This document shows positions 1 to 12,186 of a stretch of DNA of 64,000 nucleotides, piece after piece (position 1 is the first letter of the stretch; each line of letters begins with the position of its first letter). Both the position numbers and the translations under genes were made by a program. Source of the DNA: Arcobacteraceae bacterium. Lineage in GTDB: Bacteria; Campylobacterota; Campylobacteria; Campylobacterales; Arcobacteraceae. The notes beneath the pieces were generated by a model. The model saw only the letters and a program-made list of their open reading frames with translations, had not been told where the DNA came from and did no database searches. The DNA lies in NCBI GenBank assembly GCA_963662945.1, contig OY759974.1:1472001-1536000 (forward strand), read 5' to 3'.

Positions 1-15
1 ATCATAATCTGCCAT
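1..15 (-). CDS. 5' end of next gene of the flgK operon (MADYD...), runs off the window; possibly fliD by context
   Basis: ATG at 15-13 on minus strand with GGAGG RBS at 25-21, just after flgK stop; only 5 codons visible. Confidence 0.5.
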
Positions 16-40
16 AATATCCTCCTTATTTGGATTTTAA

Positions 41-2284
41 TTAACTTTTTATACCTAACAATGTTTGTAACATTTCATCAATCACTGTTATTACTTTTGC
101 ATTTGCTTCATATGCAGATTGAAACTTAATAAGTTCAACCATTTCTTCATCTTTATCAACTTTTGTTATGGCATCGTAACTAGATTGTAAAGATTCTCTT
201 ACAGCACCTTGTGCTTCTTCATTGAATATTACACTTTCTCTATCATCTGCTACAACTACTCTCAAAGTTTGAAAATAACTTGAGAATGATTCTGTATTAA
301 GTCCAGTACCATCAAAATCAATATTTTCTTTCCATTGTAAGTCAGCTAAGTAATCTAATTTCTCTTGAGTTAAATTATTTAATGAAGATCTGTTAAAAGT
401 GAGTGTTTTTACACTTGCCCCAGAAAATAAATTAACTCCAACGCCTTTATCCGCGTCAGCATTGAGACTGACAGCATCTGTACCATATACATATGTTCCA
501 TCATCATGCTCTATATAAGAATCAGTAAAATCAGATAATGCTTTTGCAAAGTTGTCAAGCATCTCTTTATATTTATTAAATAGATTATTTCCTGAGTCAG
601 TTTTAATATTTTCTAACATAGCATTCAGTGATCCACCAGTAATGTTTATCTCTTTATCATAGACTTCAATATGAATATCATCTGTACCAACAACACTTAC
701 ATTTTCATTTTTTTCAATATTTGCTCTTCTATTTGTTGTTCCAGGAATATCACTATCATTTATTAAGACTTCACCCACAAATGAACCAGCTTCTCCATCT
801 ACGTTAGCTTCTATTACTAAATATCTATCAACATAATTAGGTGCTGGTGCAACATATTTTGAATGAAGTGGATTACTAGTTAAAATTTTATTTCCATTTT
901 CATCCAATTCATAGTTACCATTATATGCTGTGATTTTTCCACCAATATCTTGATTTTGATTTATTTGATATACAAGTGCTTGAATAATGTTATCAGCTGT
1001 TACTACACTGTTTCCTAATCCATCTATATCTGCTGGTGTAACTCCATCTGCTTCATAAATAGTTTCACCTATTGTTACAGTTACAGAGTAAGTATTATCT
1101 AAAGTATATGTAATACTATCTCTAAGACCTTTAACTGATTCTAAACTTCCAGTAAAAACAATACCATTGCTTTCAGCATTTCCAATTGCTGGTACATCTC
1201 CTTCAAAATCTTCATAAGTAATTAATAATTGTCCACCACCATTATCTGCAATATCTTTAATTTCTTGATCAGGGTGTGATGCATTCCAAGTACTAATAAT
1301 ATTTGCTTTATCAGCAACAATGTTTGTGACTGTAGTAGCTGCATCATCTCCTGCTAAAGAACCAGCAACAGTAGTTCCTAAGAATACAACTGGTGCAGTA
1401 GCTGTTCCAGATAAATTCATAGTTTGTTCTTCTGATACAGGGGCAGCAAATGATGTAAAATTATTTTTAATTGTACTTTGGTAATCTTGTGTAACCGGAT
1501 CAATAACTGTAATACCAGATGGGTTTCGTAATGCATAGACATCTTTTTGAGGTATATAGTTTTCTATTAAATTGAGTTGATGTACATTCGTGTCAAATCT
1601 AACAGCGGTAGCACCTCCAATTTTTATTTGGTAGCTATCTCCTCTAAATATTTCAACATCAATATATTTTGCAAGTTCTAACTCTAGTGCATCTCTTTTA
1701 TCGAGTAAATCATTCGGTTCTCCACCAGTACTATCTTGAATTTGTTTACTAATATCTCCAATGTTTGATAATATACTGTTAACCTCGGCAACAACATCCT
1801 TAACTTCGGTAAGGGTTCCATTTTCTTTTGCTTCAATTGATTCGTATAATGTTTTAAGATCTAAAACTAAACTTTCCGCATTGTTAATTGTGTCATTTTT
1901 ATAAATTTCATTTTGTGGACTTGTTCTTAAATTTTCAATAGATGAAAAGTATCTATTTAAATCCGCAGATAATCCAGAATCATCTGTTTCTGAAAATATC
2001 GACTCTATATCAGCTAACATTGAGTTTAATGTTGAGGTATCTGACAGTTTTGCTTCTTCTCTTATTAAGTTTTGGTACATATAGATATTTGTTGATCGTG
2101 AAACACCATCAATTGTTATACCTCGACCTGTTATCCGAGAGTCTGCATGTGACAGTTCCGAAACATCAACAGCTCTCTTCTTATAGCCAGCAGTATTCTC
2201 ATTTGCAATGTTGTTCATAACATTTTCAACTTGTGTTTGAGCAACTTTAAGTCCAGTTTGTGCTACATTTAATATGTTCAACAT
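41..2284 (-). CDS. flgK: Flagellar hook-associated protein 1 (FlgK)
   Basis: N-term axial motif NNIANENTAGYKK, PNDLLDKRD, C-term DEEMVELIKFQSAYEANAKVITVIDEML. Confidence 0.95.
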   Translation of the reverse strand: MLNILNVAQTGLKVAQTQVENVMNNIANENTAGYKKRAVDVSELSHADSRITGRGITIDGVSRSTNIYMYQNLIREEAKLSDTSTLNSMLADIESIFSETDDSGLSADLNRYFSSIENLRTSPQNEIYKNDTINNAESLVLDLKTLYESIEAKENGTLTEVKDVVAEVNSILSNIGDISKQIQDSTGGEPNDLLDKRDALELELAKYIDVEIFRGDSYQIKIGGATAVRFDTNVHQLNLIENYIPQKDVYALRNPSGITVIDPVTQDYQSTIKNNFTSFAAPVSEEQTMNLSGTATAPVVFLGTTVAGSLAGDDAATTVTNIVADKANIISTWNASHPDQEIKDIADNGGGQLLITYEDFEGDVPAIGNAESNGIVFTGSLESVKGLRDSITYTLDNTYSVTVTIGETIYEADGVTPADIDGLGNSVVTADNIIQALVYQINQNQDIGGKITAYNGNYELDENGNKILTSNPLHSKYVAPAPNYVDRYLVIEANVDGEAGSFVGEVLINDSDIPGTTNRRANIEKNENVSVVGTDDIHIEVYDKEINITGGSLNAMLENIKTDSGNNLFNKYKEMLDNFAKALSDFTDSYIEHDDGTYVYGTDAVSLNADADKGVGVNLFSGASVKTLTFNRSSLNNLTQEKLDYLADLQWKENIDFDGTGLNTESFSSYFQTLRVVVADDRESVIFNEEAQGAVRESLQSSYDAITKVDKDEEMVELIKFQSAYEANAKVITVIDEMLQTLLGIKS

Positions 2285-2301
2285 TTTTATACCCCTATTT
2301 G

Positions 2302-2310
2302 ATTATAACA
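2302..2310 (-). promoter_or_regulatory. Extended -10 sigma70 promoter (TGTTATAAT) for flgK
   Basis: Perfect TGnTATAAT about 18 nt upstream of the flgK ATG. Confidence 0.6.
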
Positions 2311-2338
2311 TCTTAATACAACAATTCTTAAAATTAGT

Positions 2339-3040
2339 TTAAAAAGGAGATATAGATTCTATTAGTTTACTACCCCAAGGTTTCTCTAAAGCATCTGTTT
2401 CATCACCCTCTTTATCATATAAAATTTTTAAGTTTGCTAGTTTTTCTGATTTGATTGTATTATCAACCTCAATGTCGTAAGGTCTAATAACACCACTAAT
2501 TTCTATTGTTTGTTTTTGTCCATTTATTAGTAGTTCTTTTGTACCTCTTACAAAATAATTTCCATTTTGATAAGTTTGTTCTATTATTGCTGAAATAGTT
2601 GTTATAAACTCTTCATCAATACTAGACGTAACTGTTCCTTTAAAAGTATTATTAGACGAACCACTAACTCCTATTCCTAATAATCCATTTAATCTATCAA
2701 TTTTTGCTGTTGTATTTGCGGTAGTTGTTGAAGAAGGTGAAATTAATCCACCATTTATTCCAGTACTATTTGATTTTGTAGTTGTTTTATCATTTGTTGA
2801 ATCATTTGTTAAAGTTTCAGAAATAAGTATTTGAACGATGTCTCCCACTTGTAAATCTTTTTTATCTGCAAATAAAGAAGCACCTTTTCTAGAATATAAA
2901 GTGCCTTTTTTCTTTTGTATAGGTTCAACTTGTTTTATTACCTGGGTTGGTGGTTTTGTATCTAAAGTAAGTTGTTTTTTCTCAGCGCATCCAACAAATA
3001 AAATTGATATTATTAATATAAGTAAAAACTTAACTTTCAT
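2339..3040 (-). CDS. flgH: Flagellar L-ring lipoprotein FlgH
   Basis: Lipobox FVGC, SLFADKK...VGDIV, GVIRPYDI, KPWG; start taken at ATG 3040 with GGAG RBS. Confidence 0.95.
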   Translation of the reverse strand: MKVKFLLILIISILFVGCAEKKQLTLDTKPPTQVIKQVEPIQKKKGTLYSRKGASLFADKKDLQVGDIVQILISETLTNDSTNDKTTTKSNSTGINGGLISPSSTTTANTTAKIDRLNGLLGIGVSGSSNNTFKGTVTSSIDEEFITTISAIIEQTYQNGNYFVRGTKELLINGQKQTIEISGVIRPYDIEVDNTIKSEKLANLKILYDKEGDETDALEKPWGSKLIESISPF

Positions 3041-3458
3041 ATTTATTCTCCACAATAGTTCTTATATCAAGAGCTATTTTTATATCTACATCTGTACTTT
3101 TTAACATTGCATCAGCTCCATATCGAATCATTACTGCTTCAACATTAGTTCCAAAATCACAAGTAATAAGTAATTTATCTTTAACTATTTGTATGGATTG
3201 AATATTCTTTTGATTAATGAGTTTTGTAATTAATACAGATTCTTTGTAGAGTAGTTCTTCTAATTTAACAGATTTTGAATTTAATTTTCTTTCAAGTTCT
3301 TTTTTAGTTTCAAGTTCAGTTGTTAGTTTAATATTTTGTTCTTGAAATTTAGTACTCATATGTTGGAAATATAGCCAAAACATAGCAAGTAAAGAGAATA
3401 GGGTCACTGCTTTAACCATGACCCTTTTTTTATTGTGATTTTGAACTATTATAACCAT
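3030..3458 (-). CDS. Hypothetical single-TM coiled-coil protein in flagellar operon
   Basis: N-terminal TM, coiled coil; lies between fliL and flgH, AAGG RBS. Confidence 0.7.
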   Translation of the reverse strand: MVIIVQNHNKKRVMVKAVTLFSLLAMFWLYFQHMSTKFQEQNIKLTTELETKKELERKLNSKSVKLEELLYKESVLITKLINQKNIQSIQIVKDKLLITCDFGTNVEAVMIRYGADAMLKSTDVDIKIALDIRTIVENKYES

Positions 3459-3481
3459 TGAGTACCTTTATTTATTTTTAA

Positions 3482-4024
3482 CTACTTAATTACAAAAGAT
3501 GTAAAAAATATATCAACTACAGCATTTCTTTTTCTATCATCATTACCTTCTGGAATAGAATCATTAAGTATATTGTTAATTTCATCAATCATCTCTTCTT
3601 TTAACATAGCTTTTCCACCTACTGTTAAAAGTTCTTCACTACTTCTTGCACTTACTTGTCTAATTACCGAGTCTATAATTTCAGCTTTTGTATCTTCTAA
3701 TATAGTTTCTATTGCAGGTTCAGTTGTTTTCATTGTAAAAGAGAGTTTCATAAGTTTTGCTCTCCCTTTTGCATCAGTTATATTTAAAACTAAACTATCA
3801 ACGTTTGCTTTATATGTTTCACCAATATCTTCTTTTTTTGTAGTCTTAACTTGTTCTGTTTTTGCAGTCGGTGTATCCATTTTTTCTTCTAACATACCTT
3901 TAGAATAAAGAAAATATCCAATTCCTCCTACAGCTGCTAATAAGACTATTATAAGTATTATTAAAATTATCATCATTGGGTTTCCACCACTTTTTTTCTC
4001 TGCAACTACTTCTTCTTCAGCCAT
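3482..4024 (-). CDS. fliL: Flagellar basal body-associated protein FliL
   Basis: N-term TM, ELLTVGGKAMLKEEMIDEIN, C-term DIFFTSFVIK. Confidence 0.92.
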   Translation of the reverse strand: MAEEEVVAEKKSGGNPMMIILIILIIVLLAAVGGIGYFLYSKGMLEEKMDTPTAKTEQVKTTKKEDIGETYKANVDSLVLNITDAKGRAKLMKLSFTMKTTEPAIETILEDTKAEIIDSVIRQVSARSSEELLTVGGKAMLKEEMIDEINNILNDSIPEGNDDRKRNAVVDIFFTSFVIK

Positions 4025-4025
4025 T

Positions 4026-4523
4026 TTATTTCTCCTCTTTATTAGTTTCTTCTTTTAAAATTCTCATTTTTTTCATTATCAACGTTGAAGTTTGTGTATC
4101 TAATTTTTTTAATATTTTCATTACTCTTTTGTCGTTCATTCGTATCATTATATCAAATACTTCATCAATTTTACCGTTATTTATCATTTCATTAAAAATA
4201 TTTATTACAACACCAAGTTTCATTTTATCATACATTGTCATAGCTTTTGATGTGATGACTCTATTAATTTCATCAAGTGTTTTTTTATTTTCATCTTTTA
4301 ATTTTTGAATATTTGCTTCTGCAGCTTTAATTTCTTTTTGAATTTTTTCTAGTTCTACTTTGTTTTTTTGATACTCTAACTCTTTTTTTTCATAAAATTC
4401 ATTCAATTCGTCTTTAATTGCAATGAGCTCTTGTTTCTCTTTGTACAAATCACCCTGTTGCACTGTAATTGCAAAAAGTTGGTTTATGAGTAAGAGTAAG
4501 AAGACTAATTTTTTAAAAAACAT
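4026..4523 (-). CDS. MotE-like exported flagellar protein
   Basis: Signal peptide, coiled coil, C-term MYDKMK...MNDKRVMKILKKLD typical of MotE/MgtE-N-like proteins next to fliJ; ATG 4523 has an RBS. Confidence 0.6.
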   Translation of the reverse strand: MFFKKLVFLLLLINQLFAITVQQGDLYKEKQELIAIKDELNEFYEKKELEYQKNKVELEKIQKEIKAAEANIQKLKDENKKTLDEINRVITSKAMTMYDKMKLGVVINIFNEMINNGKIDEVFDIMIRMNDKRVMKILKKLDTQTSTLIMKKMRILKEETNKEEK

Positions 4524-4938
4524 TTGCAACCTTTTTATTTTGAATATGTTTAATTTGCATATATTCAGATGATGTTAATTCCTCTTGTTTGATAATTTGT
4601 TTTAATTTTTCTTTTTTTTGTTCTTGAAGAATATAATTGAATTGTTCACTTTCTTTATTTAAATCAATTATAATATTATTATAATGTTCAATTTGTTGTA
4701 AATAATGTAATTTTTTTCTTCCAAGTTGAATCATATGTTCTTTCATGGTATCTTTGTGAATTTGTAAAACTCTAAAATCTGAAATAGCTCCCATAATATT
4801 CACTGTTGCTGTATTGAGTGCATGGTTAGTTTCTGAGAGTTCTTTATTTATAGTATCTATTTTAGCAACAAGTTGTTGTTTTAATAATATTTGTTGGTTG
4901 ATTTGTTGTTGTTTCAATTTATAGATTTTTTCTATCAT
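4513..4938 (-). CDS. fliJ: FliJ-like flagellar export protein
   Basis: ~141-aa all-helical coiled coil, ATGA overlap with fliQ stop, flagellar context. Confidence 0.6.
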   Translation of the reverse strand: MIEKIYKLKQQQINQQILLKQQLVAKIDTINKELSETNHALNTATVNIMGAISDFRVLQIHKDTMKEHMIQLGRKKLHYLQQIEHYNNIIIDLNKESEQFNYILQEQKKEKLKQIIKQEELTSSEYMQIKHIQNKKVANVF

Positions 4939-5201
4939 TGTGTTTTTCCAAATGTAATAATAATATCCCAAAGATCAAAAGTATATTTTTCAATATGGTC
5001 ACCAACCCAAGGTAATGTAACAACAATAAAAATAGATACAATAATCATTTTAGGAACAAAAGAAAGAGAAGCATCACTAATTTGTGTAACTGCTTGAAAA
5101 ATACTAATTATTAAACCAATAATCATACTTACTATAAGCGAAGGCAAACCAAGAAGTAAAATGATTTTTACTGTACTTTGTGATATTGCTATTAAGTCCA
5201 T
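4935..5201 (-). CDS. fliQ: Flagellar export apparatus protein FliQ
   Basis: GLIISIFQAVTQISDASLSFVPK signature. Confidence 0.96.
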   Translation of the reverse strand: MDLIAISQSTVKIILLLGLPSLIVSMIIGLIISIFQAVTQISDASLSFVPKMIIVSIFIVVTLPWVGDHIEKYTFDLWDIIITFGKTQ

Positions 5202-5202
5202 G

Positions 5203-5622
5203 TTACTCTTTTATTTTAATTGTTATCTCAATAGTTTTATTATTCAACAATTCACTTAAAAGTTTAGCTAAGTTTGTTCCAGTTAAATTTTCTTCTACTG
5301 TAATAGGAGTTTCTAAAGGAGTATTAAGAAGAGGTTCTTCAGTAAGTATATTTTCATTTAGACTAATATCTTCTTCGTTTTGATTTTTATCATTTTCTTC
5401 TTTATCTTCTTCTACAGTTATATCATCATTATTTTCATCTTCTAGAAAATCTTCAATTATAATTTCATCAGAATCATTTATATCAGTAGAATTATTTGTA
5501 TCAGTAGAATCAATTATATCCTCTACATCTTTATCTTCTAACGTAGTTTCAGAATTTTTCCCTAAAGCATCAAGTACATCTGATTCAATGAGTGCATCTA
5601 ATTGTGACAGTTCGTTATCCAT
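5203..5622 (-). CDS. Highly acidic hypothetical protein
   Basis: D/E-rich middle; C-term LAKLLSELLNNKTIEITIKIKE; AGGA RBS; co-oriented with fliQ. Confidence 0.75.
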   Translation of the reverse strand: MDNELSQLDALIESDVLDALGKNSETTLEDKDVEDIIDSTDTNNSTDINDSDEIIIEDFLEDENNDDITVEEDKEENDKNQNEEDISLNENILTEEPLLNTPLETPITVEENLTGTNLAKLLSELLNNKTIEITIKIKE

Positions 5623-5632
5623 GTTTAGTTCC

Positions 5633-6067
5633 TTATTCTTTAGTAAAAGATTTACTGATTGCTTCTATAGTATCGTCTTCTAACATATCATCAATAGAAG
5701 TTATCTCATGTGCTTTTGGTTTTGCATTTTCTATAGATTCTAATCGTTTTTCAATATGTATAATAAGGTCTTTATATGTTCTAATACTAACATCACCCAT
5801 ACCATGATGATCTAGATACTTTTGAGTTATACCATCTTTAGGTACTAAAAATTTAAAAATTTTAGTTGATAGAGTATCTTCTATAATTTTATTTTGATCA
5901 ATTATAAATATTTGAGTAGGATCTTCTTCTATAAGTTCTTCAAGATCATAAAGGTACTCAACATCAATAACTTCACCATCTCCAATTTTAAACCGAATAT
6001 TTCCATGGTCTAAAATTTTATGAATTTCCATTTTAAAAGATAGTTCACCATAAATATATATATTCAA
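5633..6067 (-). CDS. Hypothetical protein, first gene of leftward flagellar operon
   Basis: 144-aa ORF, TTG start with AAGG RBS, TATAAT upstream. Confidence 0.75.
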   Translation of the reverse strand: MNIYIYGELSFKMEIHKILDHGNIRFKIGDGEVIDVEYLYDLEELIEEDPTQIFIIDQNKIIEDTLSTKIFKFLVPKDGITQKYLDHHGMGDVSIRTYKDLIIHIEKRLESIENAKPKAHEITSIDDMLEDDTIEAISKSFTKE

Positions 6068-6166
6068 AATAAACCTTATTAAATTATTTTCAATTATTAT
6101 ATCTAGAATTTATTAAAGTTTAGATAAAATGTTTTCAATTACAAAAATAGTATAGGATGTTTAATT

Positions 6167-7225
6167 TTGAGAAATATTTTATTGACTTTTTTTATATCGT
6201 TAACTATTTATGGTCAAACGATTAAAGATATATCAAATATTGTTGGTATCCGAGAAAACCAGCTTATTGGGCATGGTTTAGTTGTTGGACTTCCAGGGAC
6301 TGGTGACAAAAGTGAATTCACTATGCAATCCTTACAAAACTTATTAAGAAATTCTTATATAAAAATACCTGCATCTTCTATTAGTTCAAAAAATATTGCG
6401 ACAGTTATGGTGACATCTTCTTTACCTCCTTTTGCTAGACAAGGGGATAAGTTAAAGTTAAAAGTGGCATCTATAGGTGATGCGAAATCTATTGATGGTG
6501 GACAACTTTTATTAACACAATTAAAAGGTGTTGATGGAAAAGTTTACGCACTAGGACAAGGTAGTATTGTAGCAACAGGAGAGACCAAAACAACTGGATA
6601 TATATATGAAGGTGCTATAGTTGAAAATGAAGTTGATTATTCGCTTAAAGATGAACATTTTATAACGTTAAGTTTATTAGAACAGGATGCGAGAATTGCA
6701 GCACTTTGTGAAGAAAGAATAAATGCTAAATTTGGGAAAAAAATAGCAACAGCATATGATACACGAACAATAGAAATTGCAAAACCTAATGACATGTCAA
6801 TTATTCGGTTTATTTCAGAGATTGAAAATATAGAAATTGATAGTATGATGAAGAAAAAAGTTATTATAGACCCACAAAAAGAGATTATAGTTGCTGGGGC
6901 AGATATAACAATAAGTCCAGTAACAATTTCACGAGAAAACTTTACATTAAGAATAAAAAAATCTAATTTAGATGATAAAGCTTGGGCTGATCCAGCTGTT
7001 AATACAGGTACTGATATTGGAGATGATGCTAAAGTTGATAAAATACCAGGTGTACAAGTGGTTGATATAGATAATGCACTTATAAATACAAAAAATCAAC
7101 CTACAGTATCAGATTTAATGAAAGCTATGAAGACTATGAAGTTAAATATAACTGAGATTATTGAAACTATTAAAATGATAGATGATCTTGGTGCAATAAA
7201 TGCAGATGTAGAAATGGTGAAGTAA
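6167..7225 (+). CDS. flgI: Flagellar P-ring protein FlgI
   Basis: Signal peptide, GIRENQLIGHGLVVGLPGTGD, LPPFARQGD, SIGDAKS. Confidence 0.96.
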   Translation: MRNILLTFFISLTIYGQTIKDISNIVGIRENQLIGHGLVVGLPGTGDKSEFTMQSLQNLLRNSYIKIPASSISSKNIATVMVTSSLPPFARQGDKLKLKVASIGDAKSIDGGQLLLTQLKGVDGKVYALGQGSIVATGETKTTGYIYEGAIVENEVDYSLKDEHFITLSLLEQDARIAALCEERINAKFGKKIATAYDTRTIEIAKPNDMSIIRFISEIENIEIDSMMKKKVIIDPQKEIIVAGADITISPVTISRENFTLRIKKSNLDDKAWADPAVNTGTDIGDDAKVDKIPGVQVVDIDNALINTKNQPTVSDLMKAMKTMKLNITEIIETIKMIDDLGAINADVEMVK

Positions 7226-7226
7226 T

Positions 7227-8327
7227 ATGGCAGAGTTTTTAAGTCAAGATGAGATAGACGCACTATTAGATATAGCGGATGAAGACGGTGGTTTAGAAGA
7301 GATACCTGAAGATTCAGTTCCAACTTCTAAAGATAAAAGTTATGCTATTTATGACTTTAAAAAGCCAAATAGAATTTCTGCTGACCAGATGAAAGCTTTC
7401 AATGCTCTTCATGATAAAATGTTAAGAGCAACGATTAGTGAAGTTTCAGCAATGTTAAGAAAAATTGTTGATGTAAAACTTTATAGTATTGAGCAGATGA
7501 CTTATGGTGAGTTTATTCTTTCAATTCCTCAAATTACAAGTTTAAATACACTTTCAATTAAACCATTAGAGGGTCGAATTGTTATGGAGTGTAACCCTGC
7601 AATTAGTCATAAAATTATTGCCCATTTACTTGGAAATGGAGATAGTTCTTTAACAGATTCTACAGAAAAAGAACTTACAGAGATCGAATTAGAAGTTTTT
7701 AATCATTTTTATCAACTTATTACAAAACATCTTAAAAAAGCTTGGGAAGATGTCGCAACAATCAATTTTAAAACTGAAAGTATGGATACAAATGCGAATG
7801 CAATTCAAATTATTTCAGATCACGAGATTGTACTTTTAGTTGTATTTGAGATAACAATTGATGATGAATCAGGGTTTTTATCTATTTGTTACCCAATATC
7901 ATATATCGAGTCATTATTAAATGTGATAGTAGAAAAAATATTTGCAGAAGCTAAGAATAGAAAAGTGAGTAAACAAAAAGATATTAATGCTCTAATGTCT
8001 GGTTCAAAAATGAAAATTGATGCAATATTGGCTGAAACAGAACTTTCAATAAAAGACTTATTGAATTTAAAAGAGGAAGATGTTATTGTATTTAGTAAGA
8101 ATGCTAATAGTTCATCTTCAAAGATATATATTAATAATAAAGAAAAATGGTCAGCTGTTGCAGGTTCATCAAATAATAGAAAAGCGATACAAATACAGTC
8201 GAATATAGATCATGAAAAAATGGAAACATTACGATCTTTAAAAGCATTACATGAAGAGAGATTAGAAAAAACACGAAAAGCAAATGAAGCAATAGCAAGA
8301 CTTATAGAAACTAGAGATTCATTTTAG
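7227..8327 (+). CDS. fliM: Flagellar motor switch protein FliM
   Basis: LSQDEIDALL, YDFKKPNRIS, QMTYGEFILS. Confidence 0.96.
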   Translation: MAEFLSQDEIDALLDIADEDGGLEEIPEDSVPTSKDKSYAIYDFKKPNRISADQMKAFNALHDKMLRATISEVSAMLRKIVDVKLYSIEQMTYGEFILSIPQITSLNTLSIKPLEGRIVMECNPAISHKIIAHLLGNGDSSLTDSTEKELTEIELEVFNHFYQLITKHLKKAWEDVATINFKTESMDTNANAIQIISDHEIVLLVVFEITIDDESGFLSICYPISYIESLLNVIVEKIFAEAKNRKVSKQKDINALMSGSKMKIDAILAETELSIKDLLNLKEEDVIVFSKNANSSSSKIYINNKEKWSAVAGSSNNRKAIQIQSNIDHEKMETLRSLKALHEERLEKTRKANEAIARLIETRDSF

Positions 8328-8413
8328 AGATTTAGTGAAGATATAATTTATTAGTTTTTTATAAAATTTTTAGTATAATCACCTATAAATAATGAATAAT
8401 TTAAAGGATAATT

Positions 8414-9511
8414 ATGCTTTTAACTCCTGGGCCAACCGCCGTACCTGAGTTTGTTAGAACTGCAATGTCAGGTGAAACACTTCACCATAGAACACCTGAG
8501 TTTGAAAATATATTTAAAAATACAAGAGAGTTACTTTTAGAAATACTGCAAATGCCAGAGGCTGTAATGTTAGCCTCTTCAGGAACAGGAGCGATGGAAG
8601 CTTGTGTTACAAATTTAACTCATAAAAAAGCACTTACGATTAATAGTGGAAAATTTGGTGAGCGATTTGGAAAAATAGCTCAAGCCCATAATATAGCTTT
8701 TAGTGAATTAAAATATGAGTGGAATACTCCTGCTTCGGTAGAAGATGTTATTAAAACAATCTCAAGTGATAGTGAAATAGATGCTTTATTTATACAGATA
8801 TGTGAAAGTGCTGGTGGTTTAAGACATCCAGTAGAAGAGATTGCAAAAGCTGTAAAAAATATTAATAAAAATATAATGGTTGTTGCTGATGGTATTACTG
8901 CTGTTGGTGTAGAAAAAATAGATACGACGAATATAGATGCACTTATTACTGGAAGTCAAAAAGCTCTTATGTTACCTCCAGGGTTAGCAATGATTGGACT
9001 AAGTAATGAGGCTGTTGCAAAAATAGAATTAAAAAGTAGTGGATACTATTTTAACTTAGCAACTGAGATAAAAAAACAAAGAGAAAATACGACAGCTTGG
9101 ACAGCAGCGACAACCTTGATTATAGGGTTAGGTGCAATACTAGAAAAATTAAAAGTAGATGGTTTTGATTCATTATATAACAAAACTGCACAAAGAGCTA
9201 AAGCAACAAGAGAAGCTTTAGTTGCAATAGGACTTGATATTTATCCTGCAACACCAGCTGATGCAATGACAACTATTTATACAGAGAAATCAAATGAAAT
9301 AAGAAAAATATTAAAAGAGCAATTTGATTTGAATATTGCAGGTGGACAAGATCACTTAAAAGGGAAAATATTTAGAATTAATCATATGGGATTAGTTGCA
9401 GATTATGAAGCTGTTTGGGCTGTTAATGCTGTTGAAATGGCACTTGACAAATTAGGTATGAGAAAATTTGATGGTACAGCAAATAAAATATTTATGGAGA
9501 TAAACTCTTAA
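8414..9511 (+). CDS. PLP-dependent class V aminotransferase (serine-pyruvate/alanine-glyoxylate type)
   Basis: LLTPGPT, SGTGAMEA, GSQKALMLPPG (PLP lysine). Confidence 0.9.
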   Translation: MLLTPGPTAVPEFVRTAMSGETLHHRTPEFENIFKNTRELLLEILQMPEAVMLASSGTGAMEACVTNLTHKKALTINSGKFGERFGKIAQAHNIAFSELKYEWNTPASVEDVIKTISSDSEIDALFIQICESAGGLRHPVEEIAKAVKNINKNIMVVADGITAVGVEKIDTTNIDALITGSQKALMLPPGLAMIGLSNEAVAKIELKSSGYYFNLATEIKKQRENTTAWTAATTLIIGLGAILEKLKVDGFDSLYNKTAQRAKATREALVAIGLDIYPATPADAMTTIYTEKSNEIRKILKEQFDLNIAGGQDHLKGKIFRINHMGLVADYEAVWAVNAVEMALDKLGMRKFDGTANKIFMEINS

Positions 9512-9514
9512 ATT

Positions 9515-11615
<2,101 letters not shown>

Positions 11616-11623
11616 GAAATAAT

Positions 11624-12175
11624 ATGAAATTAAAAAAACAACATACTCCTTATATATCAAGAAAAATAACAAAAGATATAGTAAATGCAGATTTTATAGA
11701 AGTAAGAAAAGAAAAGAATAGTATTGCTGCTGAGTGTGAGAGAATTTTAAATGAAGATATTCAAAAAGAGATAGATCTTGATGAAGCAGTAAATGAAATC
11801 TTAGAAAAACAAGAAGAAGAGATTGAGTTTTATAAAGCTGATTATAGACAACTATTCTGGATGACAAAAAAAAGAATGGCTAATGAGTTTGGTGTAAATT
11901 TAAATTTTGAAGATAGATTTTCAAATATAGCTCATACAATAATGGATTTCTTATATGAAGAAGATTTTATCCATTTTACAGTGAACGACAATCAAGTGAA
12001 AAATCTTATAGCAAATTCTATAGGAGATTTTATAAAAGGATATGATGAAGCAGATAGTGCTGCATATGAAAAAATTAAAAGCTATAAAAGAAAACTTATC
12101 CCTGGAACTGAAGATTATGACATTGTATTTAATAGGTTGTATGAAGAAGAATTGATGAAAAAAGGTTTGATATAA
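11624..12175 (+). CDS. DUF507-family protein
   Basis: C-term KIKSYKRKLIPGTEDYD...YEEEL; purA-DUF507-carA order. Confidence 0.75.
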   Translation: MKLKKQHTPYISRKITKDIVNADFIEVRKEKNSIAAECERILNEDIQKEIDLDEAVNEILEKQEEEIEFYKADYRQLFWMTKKRMANEFGVNLNFEDRFSNIAHTIMDFLYEEDFIHFTVNDNQVKNLIANSIGDFIKGYDEADSAAYEKIKSYKRKLIPGTEDYDIVFNRLYEEELMKKGLI

Positions 12176-12186
12176 AAAGGAATAGT

